Assembly: GCA_951406725.2 (NCBI GenBank)
Contig: OX597818.1
Coordinates: forward strand, 10,478,001 to 10,542,000
Source: Octopus vulgaris
Lineage: Eukaryota
Direction: 5' to 3'
Length of the DNA: 64,000 nucleotides
The position numbers and the translations under genes are program-made. The notes under the pieces were generated by a model. That model saw only the letters and a list, made by a program, of their open reading frames with translations, had not been told where the DNA came from and searched no databases. Positions 29,377 through 43,899 of the stretch are shown piece by piece. How positions within the stretch are numbered: position 1 is the stretch's first letter; each line of letters begins with the position of its first letter.

Positions 29377-29538
29377 CACCTTTCTCTTGTTTTACTCAAG
29401 AGTCATGTCGGTTACCGCCTTGAAGAGATTTTTTCGGATGGTTCAGGTGGGGTTTTTTTTTATATCCGTGACTCTTGCCGAGCCCTTATGTGACGGTGAC
29501 ATAATAGTTATATCTCTTTATATGTGTATGTATATACA

Positions 29539-29590
<52 letters not shown>

Positions 29591-29673
29591 CACACTACAC
29601 CAGACACACACACATAAATAAATATATATATATACATATACACACACATATATATATACATACACACACACAC

Positions 29674-29755
<82 letters not shown>

Positions 29756-30020
29756 GCACACACACACATACGCACGCACATATACATATGTAGACACGAT
29801 GCATTTCTTTCAACTTTGCCTACAAAATCCAGTCAGAAGGATTTGCTTGGCCCGAGGACACAGTAGAAGACACTTGCCCAAGGCGCCACATGGTAGGACT
29901 GAACCTTTCAAGTTGTACCACACAGCCACGCCTGTGCCTTTGTGTATGTATATGCATACGTATGTTTCCATATACGTGGATGCATATTCTCATGTATATG
30001 TACATATGAATGTAAATGTG

Positions 30021-30113
<93 letters not shown>

Positions 30114-30220
30114 GTAAATGTATATATATACGTAAAGTAAAATACATATACACACACATATATATATATACATACACACACACGCACAGATAGATGGATA
30201 GGTATATATATATATACATA

Positions 30221-30291
<71 letters not shown>

Positions 30292-30414
30292 ATATATTCA
30301 TATATACGCACATGTATATACACACACGTACGTATAGATACATAGAGAGAGAGAAAGAGGACAGCGAGAGATGGAATGTCTATACAGGTATGTATATGTA
30401 TACATCTAAGCACA

Positions 30415-30586
30415 TTAATGGTGACTAAGGAGTGACAGGGGCGGTTTGCCCCGGGCGACACTTTCATGGAGGCGGCACTTCTGGGTCTGCTATATAAACT
30501 TGTATAGGTTTGTTGACACGATGTGTGGTGGCGGAGACATTGCTAAAGGCTTCCCCAAGGCATCATATCTCCTAGTAACCCCATCC
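30415..30586. mobile_element. decayed MITE (possibly hAT-type)
   Basis: GC-rich ~170 bp with imperfect inverted ends ATGGTGACTAAGG / CCTAGTAACCCCAT. Confidence 0.4.
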
Positions 30587-30647
30587 ATGTGTTTATAATA
30601 GCATGCATATATATATATATATATATACATAGAGAGAGAGAGGGGGG

Positions 30648-30701
<54 letters not shown>

Positions 30702-30723
30702 TTTATATATATATACGTATATA

Positions 30724-31119
30724 GGCGAAGGAGTGGGTGTGTGGCAAGTAGCTTGCCTACCAGTAACATTGTTCCAGGTTTAGTCCCACTGTGTGGCACC
30801 TTGGACAAGTGCTTTCTACTGTAGCCTCGGGCCGACCATGCCTTGTGCGTGGATTTGGTAGACAGAAACTGAAAGATGTCTGTCGCATATATGTGTGTGT
30901 GTGTGGTTGTGTGGGTGTTTGCCCCCCCCCCTTCCCTATCACTTGACATCCAATGTTGGTGCGTTTACATCCCCGTACGTAAGCGATTCGTATAAAAGAG
31001 TCCGATAGAATAAGTACTAGGCTCGCAAGGAATAAGTTCTGGGGTCGATTTGTTCGACTAAAGGCGGTGCTCCAGCATGGCCGCAGTCAAATGACTGAAA
31101 CAAACAAAAGAACAAAAGA
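30724..31119 (+). mobile_element. SINE family A
   Basis: Head, body and tail are colinear with the family. A deleted sibling at 31340-31567 shares private GGCAAGTAGCTTGCCTACCAGTAACATTG. Confidence 0.9.
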
Positions 31120-31220
31120 ATATATATATATGTGTGTGTGTGTGATTGTGTGTTTATACATATATATATACATATATATATATGCATGTATATATAAATA
31201 TATATAATATATATGCATAT

Positions 31221-31332
<112 letters not shown>

Positions 31333-31573
31333 GTATATAGGCGAAGGAGTGGGTGTGTGGCAAGTAGCTTGCCTACCAGTAACATTGAGATGTCTGTATA
31401 TATATATATATATGTGTGTGTGTGGTTGTGTGGGTGTTTGTCCCCTAGCATACTTGACAACATGCTGGTGTGTTTACGTCCCCGTCACCTAGCGGTTCAG
31501 CAAAAGAGACCGATAGAATAGATTTGCATGGCCGCAGTCAAATGACTGAAACAAGTAGTAAAAGAGTCATACA

Positions 31574-31608
<35 letters not shown>

Positions 31609-31621
31609 TATATATTCATAC

Positions 31622-31652
<31 letters not shown>

Positions 31653-31899
31653 TATATATACATATTGGTATCTTGGTATATACTCACACAGGTTTGTGTG
31701 TGTATGTACGTCCGTTTGTGTTCTTTTTCTAGTCGCACAGTTACGGGACAGTTGTGGACTGACACAAGCAAATAGGACAACAGAGACGGACGAGATTTGG
31801 AGACGCTATACAGACTGCAGTCACTTAAGCTACACTTAAGCAGGTAACTGCATACTCACACGTCTGCTAGAAAAACAGGCTTTTGTATGTGTGTATATA

Positions 31900-32057
<158 letters not shown>

Positions 32058-32068
32058 TGTATTTTATA

Positions 32069-32469
32069 TACTTTTACTCTTTTACTTGTTTCAGTCATTT
32101 GACTGCGGCCATGCTGGAGCACCGCCCCCAATCGAGCAACTCGACCCCGGGACTTATTCTTTTGTAAGCTCAGTACTTATTATATCGGTCTCTTTTGCCG
32201 AACCGCAAAGTAACGGGGACATAAACACACCAGCATCGGTTGTCAAGCAATGCTAGGGGGACAAACACAGACACACAAACACACAAACACACACACGCAT
32301 ATATATACATATATACGACGGGCTTCTTTCAGTTTCCAAATCCACTCACAAGGCTTTGGTCGGCCCGAGGCTATAGTAGAAGACACTTCCCCAAGATGCC
32401 ACGCAGTGGGACTGAACCCGGAACCATGTGGTTGGTAAACAATCTACTTACCACACAGCCACTCTTGCG

Positions 32470-32471
<2 letters not shown>
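32069..32471 (-). mobile_element. SINE family A
   Basis: Colinear with the 24036 copy. Confidence 0.92.
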
Positions 32472-32524
<53 letters not shown>

Positions 32525-32548
32525 ATATATATATACATACATACATAA

Positions 32549-32618
<70 letters not shown>

Positions 32619-32869
32619 ACGATTCGTTTGTGTTTACCAGTGTGTAATTGTCTACATGTGCATGTGCGTGTATGTCTGTCTGTATGTTTGCGCGAAGCTG
32701 TTTTGCATACGCCACCGCATGTGTGCGTGTGTATTATGCTCGTACGTGTATGCGTGCGCGCTGTTAATTAAATATTAGAAAATATGTAGACATTCACGTG
32801 ACTATTGCAGACCCACATGCACACACACGCAGATACACGCACATAAGCATACCCACACACACACTCGGA

Positions 32870-32951
32870 AATGGAACTCAAAACGTAGCGGTTTTTGAAA
32901 TACCGCAAAGCATTTAGTCAAGCGTGCTAAAGATTTTGCCAGTTCGCCACC

Positions 32952-33001
<50 letters not shown>

Positions 33002-33345
33002 GTCCTCAAATTTAGGCGTGGTGTCATATCGATTACCTCGACTCCAATGCTTGACTGGAACTTATTTTATCGACCCCGATATGATGAAAGGCATTTTGTC
33101 CGACACGCTAACGAATCTCCCTGCTTGCTGCCACTTTTTATTAGTAATAATAATAATAACGGTTTCAAATTTTGGCGGACAAGGTCAGCAATTTCTGAGG
33201 AGAGTATAAGCTGATTTACATCGACCCAAGTGCTTCACTGGTACCTATTTTATAGACCTCGAAAGGATGAAAAGCAAAGCTAAGGTGGGTGAGATTTGAA
33301 CTCAGCGCATAAAGCGTCTGATGAAATGCCACTGAGCGGTCAAAT
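32870..33345 (-). mobile_element. cluster of three SINE family B fragments separated by (AAT)n
   Basis: Recurring TTTTATCGACCCC..GATGAAAGGC and GCTAACGA..GCCA segments, with (AAT)n at 32953-33000. Confidence 0.7.
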
Positions 33346-33806
33346 AAGTGCTACTTACAACACAGCGACTCTCACAGACAAACATGCCTATATGAAGCGC
33401 AAACAGTTCTAGAAGCACAGACACGCACACAACTACAACATGGAATATACAGTTATTCCAGGCCTAAACACATAAACGTAGAATTCTACACGCACACATA
33501 AACACATCCGTAGAAGTGTTTACACGGGATTAAGATAGACAGAACGAGGAACAGTTCGACACAAATATGTTCGCAGCACGCACACACGAACACAGACATG
33601 CAAAAACGAATTGGATTGTCAGGCAATCAATGTCAGTCATATATACACGAATGCACATGCATACGCATTGTAGTCCCAGAACTGGGAATAACTACTCTAA
33701 ACATTTAACGAACACACACACACACATTCATGCGCACATTTGTACACTCATACAAACATATATACCCACGCACACACATATACATATACATACATACATA
33801 CATACA

Positions 33807-33842
<36 letters not shown>

Positions 33843-33928
33843 TACACCTTTATATACATATATGCATACATACATATATACATACATACATAGTTGCATA
33901 CAAATGCTAATATATTCACACACATACA

Positions 33929-33976
<48 letters not shown>

Positions 33977-35391
33977 CACCTTTATATACATATATCCATA
34001 CATACATATATACATACATACGTAGTTGCATACAAATGCATATACACACACACACACACACACATACACACATACATACATACATACATACATACATACA
34101 TACATACATACATACATACATACATACATACATTCAGTGACTCGTGCTTATCCTTTTTTAGTTGGAAGGGAAAGCAGTGTTCACGATCTTTCATGGGAAG
34201 CCCGAAATAAGAAGGGATGGAAGACGATGTCTTGAAATCAAGGATCTGGCCCGAATGTTTGATGAGAAGATTTCGTAAAGATGCAAGTTAGTGGTTGTTA
34301 AACTGGGCTGTGGATGACTGCGTTTACCAACCAAGTAGGCCATGGTGAGGATTGAACACAGAACGTAAAGACCCAGAACAAATTCTGCAAAGAATCCGCT
34401 CCGATGTTCTCATATTTCCACCAGTCCACCGTACTGGGACTGGTATATTTTCTTCGACCTCAAAAGAAAAAAAAAAAACAAAAGTTAAAAAACTGACCTC
34501 GATCGGATTTGAACTCAGAGAATACCGAAATGGAACAAATACTGTTAGTTATTCAATCGGACGCGATAACAACTGACGCTTTCGACATGTATATGAAAGA
34601 ATTCTGATGGAATATTCTTGACAGGACTTCAGTAAAACGTAGTCCTAACAGACCAGATATCATTCATATAAGACCCCTTTAGCATTCAGATTACAAATGT
34701 ATAGTTTATTTATTCACATTGTTTTAAACTAATCATAGTTGATACACAATACACAAACTCGACTGGTATCTTATTTATTTATTAGTTTCAAAGGAGGAGA
34801 TAAAGCGATTACATCGACCCAAGTGCTCAATTGGTACATTTTTTATCGGATGAAAGGCGAAGTCAACCTCGGCGGAATTTGAACACAGAACGTAAGGACG
34901 GACGAAATGCCGCTAAGCATTTTGTCCGGCGTGCTGACGATTCTGCCAGTTCGCCACCTAAATTCATCGTGCATTATCTTATAACTTCTAAGTTTCGATT
35001 ATGCAATTGTTCATTTTTGAGAATAACGTCGTAGGGTATGTGTGAGAGGAGAAATCTAGTCAAAAAAAGAAACGTCCCGGTCGACTAATGAGAGGTTTTT
35101 ACATACTCCACCAAATAATTTCGGAAACTAGCTTAAATTATTGATATGCAGGATTATGTAACACCCTCAATGCCAATCTTTGCAATCTGTTTTTCACATA
35201 GCCAGAAAGGTTTAAAAAAAACACGACAGATTAGAAAATTAGAGTTACAAGAAGTAATTAGACAACGAAATATGCATAACCTCTTGTAAGCACATATACA
35301 CACGTTTAGACATACGAAAATATACAAATACAAATCCACACATACTACGATGCAATTACATACATACATATAAACAGACAGAGCGCTACTC

Positions 35392-36190
35392 ACATCACAC
35401 TTCCAAAGCTATGCACTTGCAATACAAGAACCGGAGATTGCTACTAAATACCTAATAAACTAAAGAAACAGTGAAATCCTTGAAGTTCTAAGATACAACA
35501 GAAAATGGAGATTATGTCATATTTCTGTGGCAGATATCACATATGGGATTAGCAGCTGCCCAAAAGTATCATCAAGGTACTTCCTTTCTATGCGACACGA
35601 CGCAGTCGCAAAAGCAATATACAATGCCATTCAGAAAAAAAAAGACTGCCCTGGAATAACTATAGAGAATCCCCGTTATTGAGTACATATACAAACATCA
35701 ATCCAAGGAACATTGGTGGAACATTTTCATCAAAATATCTGTCAAGTGTAAGCATAACGGGCCAGAAATTGTTGTTTGGTACAGACGAGCAAAAGTATGT
35801 ACAGTGATAGAGGTCAGCTGTCCTGTTGATGTGAATAACTCTTTGGAAATAAAAGAGAAAGATGATAACTATGGACAACTGCTTCGAAACCTCCAACTTC
35901 TATATCCAGATTACAAATTTACATTGGTACCAATAAGAATTGGTGTACTTGGTTTTGTGAGTAAATGCTTAAGTGACACCCCGCATGAGCTTGGATTTTC
36001 AGAAAAAGAAATCAGCCAACTAATTCGCACACTAAAAATACTATCTGTCTGGGGAACAATAAAAATATGCAAGACTTTTGTCAAGTTTAGAACGTGACAT
36101 TGTTTTCATTATCTACATTCCATCGATAGGGCTTTGTATCTTTGTTAGGAACCGGCTCCTTCCCTGGAGGAAAAATTTAAATAACTAAAA
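35392..36190 (+). pseudogene. 5'-truncated RLE-type non-LTR retrotransposon (R4/Dong-like) 3' end
   Basis: Reads ALAIQEPEIATKY..*..WRLCHISVADITYGISSCP..RHDAVAKAIY, then after a frameshift HWWN..KHNGPEIVVW..VIEVSCPVD..KEKDDNY..VPIRIGVLG..GTIKICK. This is a decayed CCHC knuckle, RHD motif and PD-(D/E)xK endonuclease. One stop and one frameshift. Confidence 0.85.
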
Positions 36191-36223
36191 GCAGAAGAGA
36201 ACATTCATAAATACATGCATACA

Positions 36224-36669
36224 GGCGCAGGGGTGGCTGTGTGGCTAGTAGCTTGCTTACCAAGCACATGGTTCTGGGTTCAGTCCCACTGCGTGGCACC
36301 TTGGGGAAGTGTCTTCTACTATAGTCTCGAGCCGACCAAAGCCTTTTGAGTGGATCTGGTAGATGAAAACTAAAAGAAGCCCGTCGTATATATGTATATG
36401 TATACATATATATATATATATATGTGTGTGTGTGTTTGTGTGTGTGTGTTTGTGTGTTTGCGTATCTGTGATCTCCCCCCCCCCAACAACGCTTGACAAT
36501 CGATGCTGGTGTGTTTATGTCCCCGTAAATTAGCGGTTCGGCAAAAGAAACCGATAGAATAAGTATTACGCTTACAAAGAATAAGTCCTGGGGTCGATTT
36601 GCTTGACTAAAGGCGGTACTCCAGCATGGCTGCAGTCAATTGACTAAAACAAGCAAAAGAGTAAAAGAG
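36224..36669 (+). mobile_element. SINE family A
   Basis: Full-length colinear copy. Confidence 0.92.
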
Positions 36670-37032
36670 ATACATACATACATACATACATACATACATA
36701 CATACCAATTTAATGGTTTCGGCGAGTTTATATGGGAAATTCTGTTTCACCTGACAATTTTTCTCTCACCTGTGATAACTCAGACATACCCAAAGACATA
36801 CAGTAATATCTAGAAGATTCCCTAAACGCTAAAAGTAGTAGTCAATTCACACTCAAATCTCACCCTATGATCTTTAAAAACTGTTTCATTTGTTTTTAGA
36901 CAATGGGCTGTGATTTGATTACATTGTAAAATGCATTCCTACATATATAAAAATATGGAATAGTCATAAATGGAACGCCGGTGATCATAGTTGATGTTAA
37001 TATATAACAGGTTTAATATATATATTGGATGA

Positions 37033-37116
<84 letters not shown>

Positions 37117-37279
37117 ACATAGACAAGAAGACAGACATATAAATGGATAGACAGATAGATCGACAGACTGACAGACTGACAGACAACATATTAATAAACG
37201 ACGTCCAAACACAATATACACAGCAACGATGCTAACATCTTTTAAACACTTCATATAAACACCAGTAAAAACGAGAACG

Positions 37280-38150
37280 ACTTCAAATGTGGTCTCGTAG
37301 CCTGCTAGAAATAGCAGCCAAATCTCCCTCTGGAATATAATGTAGTTTTGAGTATGCTATATCTAAAAGAAGAAAAAATGTGATGGTTGTCACGTTTGGA
37401 CTGCATTTAATCTTAGGCAGAGACGTTAGAACGCCGGGCGAAGTCCTTAGTAGTATTTCGTCTATCTATATGTTCTGAGTTCAAATTCCGCCGAGCTCGA
37501 CTTTGCCTTTCATCTTTTCGAGGTCGATAAGTTAAGTACCAGTTGCGTACTGGAGTCAATCTAATCGACTGGCCCCCTCCTCCAAAATTTTGGGTCTTGT
37601 GCCGAGAGTAGAAAGGAATAGAAAAGATTGTGCTGACCTGGGATTAAACAATAGCAACATATGCCACTCGTCCTAAGTTGGACTAACTAATATTTCCCAA
37701 TGCACACGCACACATACACACTATTACTCTTGAACAAGAATATCAGTCAGACAACGAAGAAACTTTATGTGGTCTAAACCTGTGCTAAAAATATCAGCTA
37801 AAGCTCCCAAATCGCATTCAAAAATGTAGTTCCAGATATACTGTCTAAAAAGATGAGTGTTTACGACCGGAATGCTTTTGAACAGTACCTAGTAACAAAG
37901 AATAGTCTAGGTAGTCGTTTGACCTGTTAGAAATCACAGCCAAATTTCTCTCATATCACACCCTAGCGTTATAGATAACGAAGTATGCAATGAATCAGCG
38001 AGTGGGACCCTCTTATAAACAGCTGCCAAATCTGCTTCGTATACCAGCTCTATCGTCTTGCAAAGAGAAAGGCCCGTTAGATAATGTAGTTCCACATTTA
38101 AAACGATAATAAGTGATGGTCACTGTTGGAATGTCTTTCCTGATAGGTCT
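37280..38150 (+). repeat. cluster of old repeat fragments (CTGCTAGAAATAGCAGCCAAATCTCCCTC motif) with a SINE B copy at ~37420-37615
   Basis: Motif recurs at ~37300, 37780, 37925 and 38015, and inverted at ~5535, 41475, 53005 and 62455. Confidence 0.65.
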
Positions 38151-39278
38151 ACAGGACGAAGGTGGTGTTGGCAATGAAGTAACACTAATGTCTATGGAAC
38201 ATGAATTCAACAGCGTAGTTCTACAAATAAAGGAAGTCGGAATGGGCAAGGGTTAGCAACTTTCATTTTGAAGGGGTCATGATTGATTGGCAATAACTAT
38301 CACCATTCCCCTGCCTCAGTTGTCACTTCATTTTTGCACGTACACAGATACACACACGCATACATAACATTTACACACACACACACACAGACTATTCCAC
38401 AGAAATTACGCAACTTGACTATTTCTTTCCTAGTTTATACGTTCGATTTGTGATCTAAAGTTTGCTTCAAGTGCTGTTCCTCGTTGCTTAACTGAAAAAT
38501 CCGATTGAATTGTAGAATATTTAAGAGAATGCCGACGTATTTCATTGTACATTTAAGGCAAAGTATTTAATGTTACAAGCCAGCTTTATTTCGGACTAAA
38601 AAGTAAGGGCTTCTATGCGATCACTTACGCTGCTTGAATTAAGTCCTGACTTTCCTTAATATCATATCTTGTCGCTCTAAAGCAGGTAACGTTGGTGGAT
38701 AGTATAGTTCTAAAATGAAATAAGATAAAATGCAAAAAAAACACGAGAAATACGGGAACGTCAAGATGGGAAGACTTTCTATCTTGGAGTTACTTCCATT
38801 AGTGTAGCTAAAGGGAGCGGGGAATGCGTCCCCACCGGATTGCATTTCGAGGCTTGAGGCACGTTATGTTGTGTTTATAGCGGGAATGGTTCAAAAGATT
38901 CAAAGACAACACCAATAGGTACAAATTCTGCTTTCTCATCTGCATAAGAGCTGACCTGGGGTTAAACAACAACAGCTGCCACTATAATATCGACGACACA
39001 CAATCGAATCTGGAAAAGTTTCCTATACGGTCGATTGATCAGCAAGAAACAATACCCCAAAATCACATATTGCCATTAGAAAATAGGAGAGATAAGAAAG
39101 TGGGGTCTGAGTTACGCTTTTTTTTTTTCTTTTTTCTTTTTTTTTTCTCTTTTTCCTCATTTTGGTCATAAGGTTTATTCCTTTTGCTACTGGATTTTCT
39201 TGTTTTAGGGATGCCACTGAAATGTTACTCCAGTCGGCACATCACTCTGTCCGACAATAGCCAAGACCTTTTTCTGAC

Positions 39279-39581
39279 ATGTTTGTTCCTTCTCAAATCA
39301 TGCCTGGCTCATAGGGCTGGTTTCCCGGTTTCCTTGGCGTATAGGTTCCCCGCCTGGACGGGACGCCGGTCCGTCGCCGGTGAATTGTAAGATGCAGGAG
39401 GAAAGAGTGAGAGAAAGTTGTGGCGAAAGAGTCAGCAGAAGTTCGCCATTACCTTCTGCTGGAGTCGCGTGGAGCTTAGGTGTTTCGCTCATAAACACAC
39501 ACATCGCCTGGTCTGAGATTCGAACCAGCGATCCCTCGACCGCGAGTCCGCTGCTCTAACTACTAGGCCATGTGCCTCCAC
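39279..39581 (-). mobile_element. SINE family C
   Basis: Colinear with the 225 and 13988 copies. Confidence 0.9.
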
Positions 39582-40596
39582 TTTCCTGTTATGTGGAGGG
39601 TAGTAATACAAGGCGGAGTTTGAAAGAGCTGGGATATATACTGTAATGCATCTTATCCGACGCTCTAACAATTCCGCCAATACGCAAACTTCGACTGGTA
39701 TTATTTATTTATTTATTGATTTCAAATTTTGGCATAAGACCACCAAGATCGGATGGGAAGGTAAGTCGATTACATTGACCCCAGTGCTCAACTAGTACTT
39801 ATTTTATAGACCTTGAAAAAGTGAAATTTGAACTCAGAGTGTGAAGACGGACGAAATGTCGCTAAGCATTTTGCCCGGCGTGTTAACGATTCTGCGAGCT
39901 GCCGCCTTACTTTAATACAAAAAATAATGAAATGTCTTAAGATTTTATAATTACTAAACGAGTAACTAAATAATTAAATGAAATAAGCCAGCTCGCTGCC
40001 TTATTTCATTTATTTATCGACAACAACAAAAAGGGTAAGGTTGAATTCAACGTGATTTGAACTCAAGTGCAAAGAGACAGAAAATATTACAAGGCAGCCT
40101 ATTCCGAAGATCTAGTGACCCCCGCCAATTTACCAAATTTCGAGTTTTACAACGACTGGGGTAAGAAAACGGGTTGGTCGTGACTAGGACGCTTTTGATT
40201 ATAAGTCTACTCAAACAAGACTTAACTGGGACTGTCCCATAGTAAACTAGTGACTGCGCTGGAAATGTCGGCAGACGATGTTATCAATAAAATCTACAAA
40301 CTTCTCTGAATAAATTTTACAGACAGACAACAACTAACGGTCTCCTCACACACTGTTATTTATGTATTTTTTTAATTTTTATTCTTCTCTGAAAGACGGA
40401 CTGGAATTTGTTGTTGTTATTGTTCCTATTGTTGTTTAGCCAAGTCAAGCAAATTCCAACTGTAATCGTCATTTTTCCTTCTATTCTTTCTTTCTTCCTT
40501 TCTTTCATTCATTCTTTCTTTTTCGTTTTCTCTCCGCCCAGTTATAATGTCTCATCTGTGTTCCTCTTTTTGCCCGATTTATGGTTTGCTCTAGAA

Positions 40597-40856
40597 CTGT
40601 GGTTCTCAACCAGGGTCCATACGACCCTTAGGGGTTCATATAAGGCTTTGTTGCTAAAATTTATGCACAAGTAAAATATAACCAATTTATTTGTGCAAGA
40701 CAAAATATTTAAACTATTTTTTATACAATTCCTAATAATATTTAATTATAAAAAAATATAATGGTGTTTTTTTAAACATGCAATGGTTATGAGATTCCAT
40801 CCGAGTAATGTAGGAATCAAAGCGGTCCATAGGCAAAAAATGGTTAAGAATCACTG
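40597..40856. mobile_element. hAT (Charlie-like) MITE
   Basis: 15-bp TIRs CTGTGGTTCTCAACC / GGTTAAGAATCACTG. Flanks CTCTAGAA / GCCTAAAG resemble a decayed 8-bp TSD with central TA. Confidence 0.75.
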
Positions 40857-41122
40857 GCCTAAAGGCAGGGACTGTGCTCAAAGCCACCACAGGTCCTCTA
40901 TGACAGTTTAGTGAAGATATCGTATTGATCTTCTTGGGCAACTCTTCGCAAATCAAATCAAAAGAATACATAAGAAGGGTGATTTCCTGGAAAAAAAGGA
41001 TTGGGTGTAGTTGTTAAGGGGAGGCCCACGAGGCAAGCAGACAGACGCAATATGGATGACAAGGGGACTAGATGTGTGTCTGTGCCGAGTGGATAGAGGA
41101 TAAAGTATAAAGATCCTTCTAA

Positions 41123-41332
41123 AGTCATATAGACTCATAGGGCCGGTTTCCGTGGGACGGGACGGGACGCCGGTCTGACAAAGGATTACTCATTTTTGCC
41201 AGCTGAGCGGACTGGAGCATGTGAAATGAAGTGTTGTGCTCATGAACAAAACGCGTCGCCTCGTCAAGGAATCGAAACCAGTCTAAAGTCCATGAGCACA
41301 GCACCCTGGCCACTAAGCTACCTGCCTCCACT
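41123..41332 (-). mobile_element. tRNA-headed SINE with family D/E central domain and family C-like tail
   Basis: CTCATAGGGCCGGTTTCC..GGACGGGACGCCGGTC (C tail) joined to GCCAGCTGAGCGGACTGGAGCA..GAAATGAAGTG (D/E domain). Confidence 0.75.
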
Positions 41333-41814
41333 GTCGGGTACACCAGGGTATAAATGACACGTGACAGCCAGATTGGAAGAGGTACAGCCTACTATTGTAG
41401 CAGTAGACGAAAGCATCTCTGCCAGCTGCTGCTATGGTTCTTCGTGTTCTTTCAAAATGGAATGTGTAACATAAGAGAGATTTGGCTACTATTCGTGGCA
41501 AGTCGCACGATGCCATAAAAGTTCTCTTATTAGCTTGGTGATGTGTTGGCAGAGAAGAAAACTGATTTTGTGTTTTTTAACGTACTTTTACGTAAATATT
41601 ATTATTGTTTTGTTTTTGTCTTGTTCCTTTTTCGTTTATAATTGCCTGTCTCACTCGACGAATGCATTTGTGTTTAAATCTGTCTATCAAAATTTCTGTA
41701 TACCTATACGAATTGCTATTTAGCAATCTATATCTATGTATGGATGGACGTATGTACGTATTTATGTATGCAAGTATGTGTGTGTATGTGTGTGTATTTA
41801 TTATTCATGTACAA

Positions 41815-42008
41815 AATGTTATTGACAGTGACTTCGAAGTCTCAGCCGGCTAAGATATCGTCGGGCGAATACTTAGCTAGCCCAAAATTCGAAGTCTCTA
41901 TCAACAACATTCTTCTATAAGGACAATAAATTTGTACTCTACAAAAGTAGAGTAACCCATCAGACTAATGTAGAATTGTTTTTATAACAGAACGTAAAAG
42001 CAAACATT
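41815..42008 (+). mobile_element. inverted sibling of the 47320 hammerhead element with ~97-bp foldback
   Basis: 41881-42008 is the reverse complement of ~47321-47443. 41815-41911 forms an imperfect hairpin. Confidence 0.7.
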
Positions 42009-42014
42009 TAAGTA

Positions 42015-42610
42015 GGTATGTATATTATGTATGCATCTGTGTGTGTACGTATGTATGTATGTACGTATGTAATTATGTATATTATATATGTATGTATAAT
42101 ATGTATGTCTATTACGTATGTATGTATGTATGTATGTATGTATGTATGTATGTATGTATGCATGTATGTATGTATGTATGCATGTATGTATGTGTGTGTA
42201 TGCAAGTATTTATGTATATATATGTGTATACATGTATGTATGTATGTATGTATGTGTGTGTGCAAGTATGTATGTATATATGTGTATATGTTTGTATGTA
42301 TATATGTATGTATATATGCATGTATGCATGTATGTATGTGCGTATGTATGAATGCAAGTATGTATGTATGCATGTATGTATGTGTGTATATGAATGCAAG
42401 TATGTATGTATGCATGCATGTATGCATGTATGTATGTGTATGTGCCAGTATGTATGTATATATGTGTATATGTTTGTATGTATATATGCATGTATGCATG
42501 TATGTACGTGCGTGTGTATGAATGCAAGTATGTATGTATGCATGTAGGTATGTGTGTATGCATGCATGTATGTACGTACGTATGTATGAATGTAAGTATG
42601 TATGTATGCA
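42015..42610. repeat. compound (TATG)n with higher-order TGCAAGTATG units
   Basis: Directly visible. Confidence 0.9.
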
Positions 42611-42622
42611 CACACAAACATG

Positions 42623-42671
<49 letters not shown>

Positions 42672-43539
42672 ACACACACACAATCAGCATGCCTTCTTCG
42701 TATCTGCAGCACGCGTATAACCTATGCGCGCACTCATGCACTCACACATTCATTCACGCTCATCCAGCTACGTCTACACTCCGTCTGTGTTAGGCGTGAA
42801 TTGTAATAAATTGACCTATAATCAATCACTTGTCGTTAGAATCCTTCCTGTCATGGTGTAGTTAATAATTGATAGTTGCCACGTGACAGATGTGCTGTCG
42901 CAAACTTTTCAGTGGACCATGGAGGCTTTGAGACTATTTTCCACGAAACCAGAACAGTAAAAACCCTGGGTGACAGAGGGTAACCCTTCATAAGACGTTT
43001 GAGGATTTTTCATCTTCTTTAAGTACTGAAGATGATGGTGGCTTTAATGGTTGTGGTGGTAGCAGCGGCGGCTGGGGGGGTGGGCAAGACGATGATGATG
43101 ATGATTGTCACATAGGTACAAGGCGGGTAATTTTGTAGGAAGGGGTTAGTCCATTCAACCAGCCTCGGTACTTGAATGGGACTTTATCGAACCTGGTGGA
43201 GTGAAAAGCAAAATTGATCTTGTTGAGATTTGAAATCAGAATATAAAGAACCACTTTCAATAAGGATGGTTTCTGGTTTAAGCACGGGGTCAACAACATT
43301 AAATGAAGGGGTTAGTCGATATCTGCGATCTTAGTACTTCACTGGTACTTTATTTTATCGACCCTCGTGGGATGAAAAGCAAAGTTGACCCCGACAGGAT
43401 TTGAACTCTGAACATGAAGATACGGAACAATTATATTCACACATACAGAAAACGTTTTAAAGAGGTCACAAAAGCATGAGTATATACGAAGTTAAATAGC
43501 AAAAGTGGCAGTGGGCCAAAGACTTAAATACAAAAGATT

Positions 43540-43745
43540 GGATTCAAATTTTGGTCCAAGGCCTGCAAGTTCGGTGGGAGGGATAAGTCGATTACATCAA
43601 CGCCTGTGTTCAGCTGGTACTCATTTTATCGACCCCGAATAGATGAAAATGAAAATCGACCTCGGCGGAATTTGAACGTAAAGAAGAACAAAATGCTGCT
43701 AAGCATTTTGTGCGGCGTGCTAACGATTCTGCCAGCTCACCGCCT
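43540..43745 (-). mobile_element. SINE family B
   Basis: TCGACCTCGGCGGAATTTGAAC..GCTAACGATTCTGCCAGCTCACCGCC. Confidence 0.85.
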
Positions 43746-43899
43746 TTGCTTTATTACAAAACGTTGAGACGTGTTAGCATTTTATTAATTACTAAAAGTA
43801 ATTAAATAAGTATATATAAACACATTAAAAGAATTATAAATATAAACACAAATTAAGTGCAATCCTTCTGTACACAGGTGAGAAACTACAGCTTGGGTT

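Noticed and set aside
39520-39581. tRNA-like sequences
   Set aside because: They are A/B-box heads continuous with multi-copy SINE bodies and lack a complete cloverleaf.
40920-41080. Possible RTE-like C-terminus (FLGNSSQIKSKEYIRRVISW..GRPTR)
   Set aside because: Too short and degenerate to support without a search.
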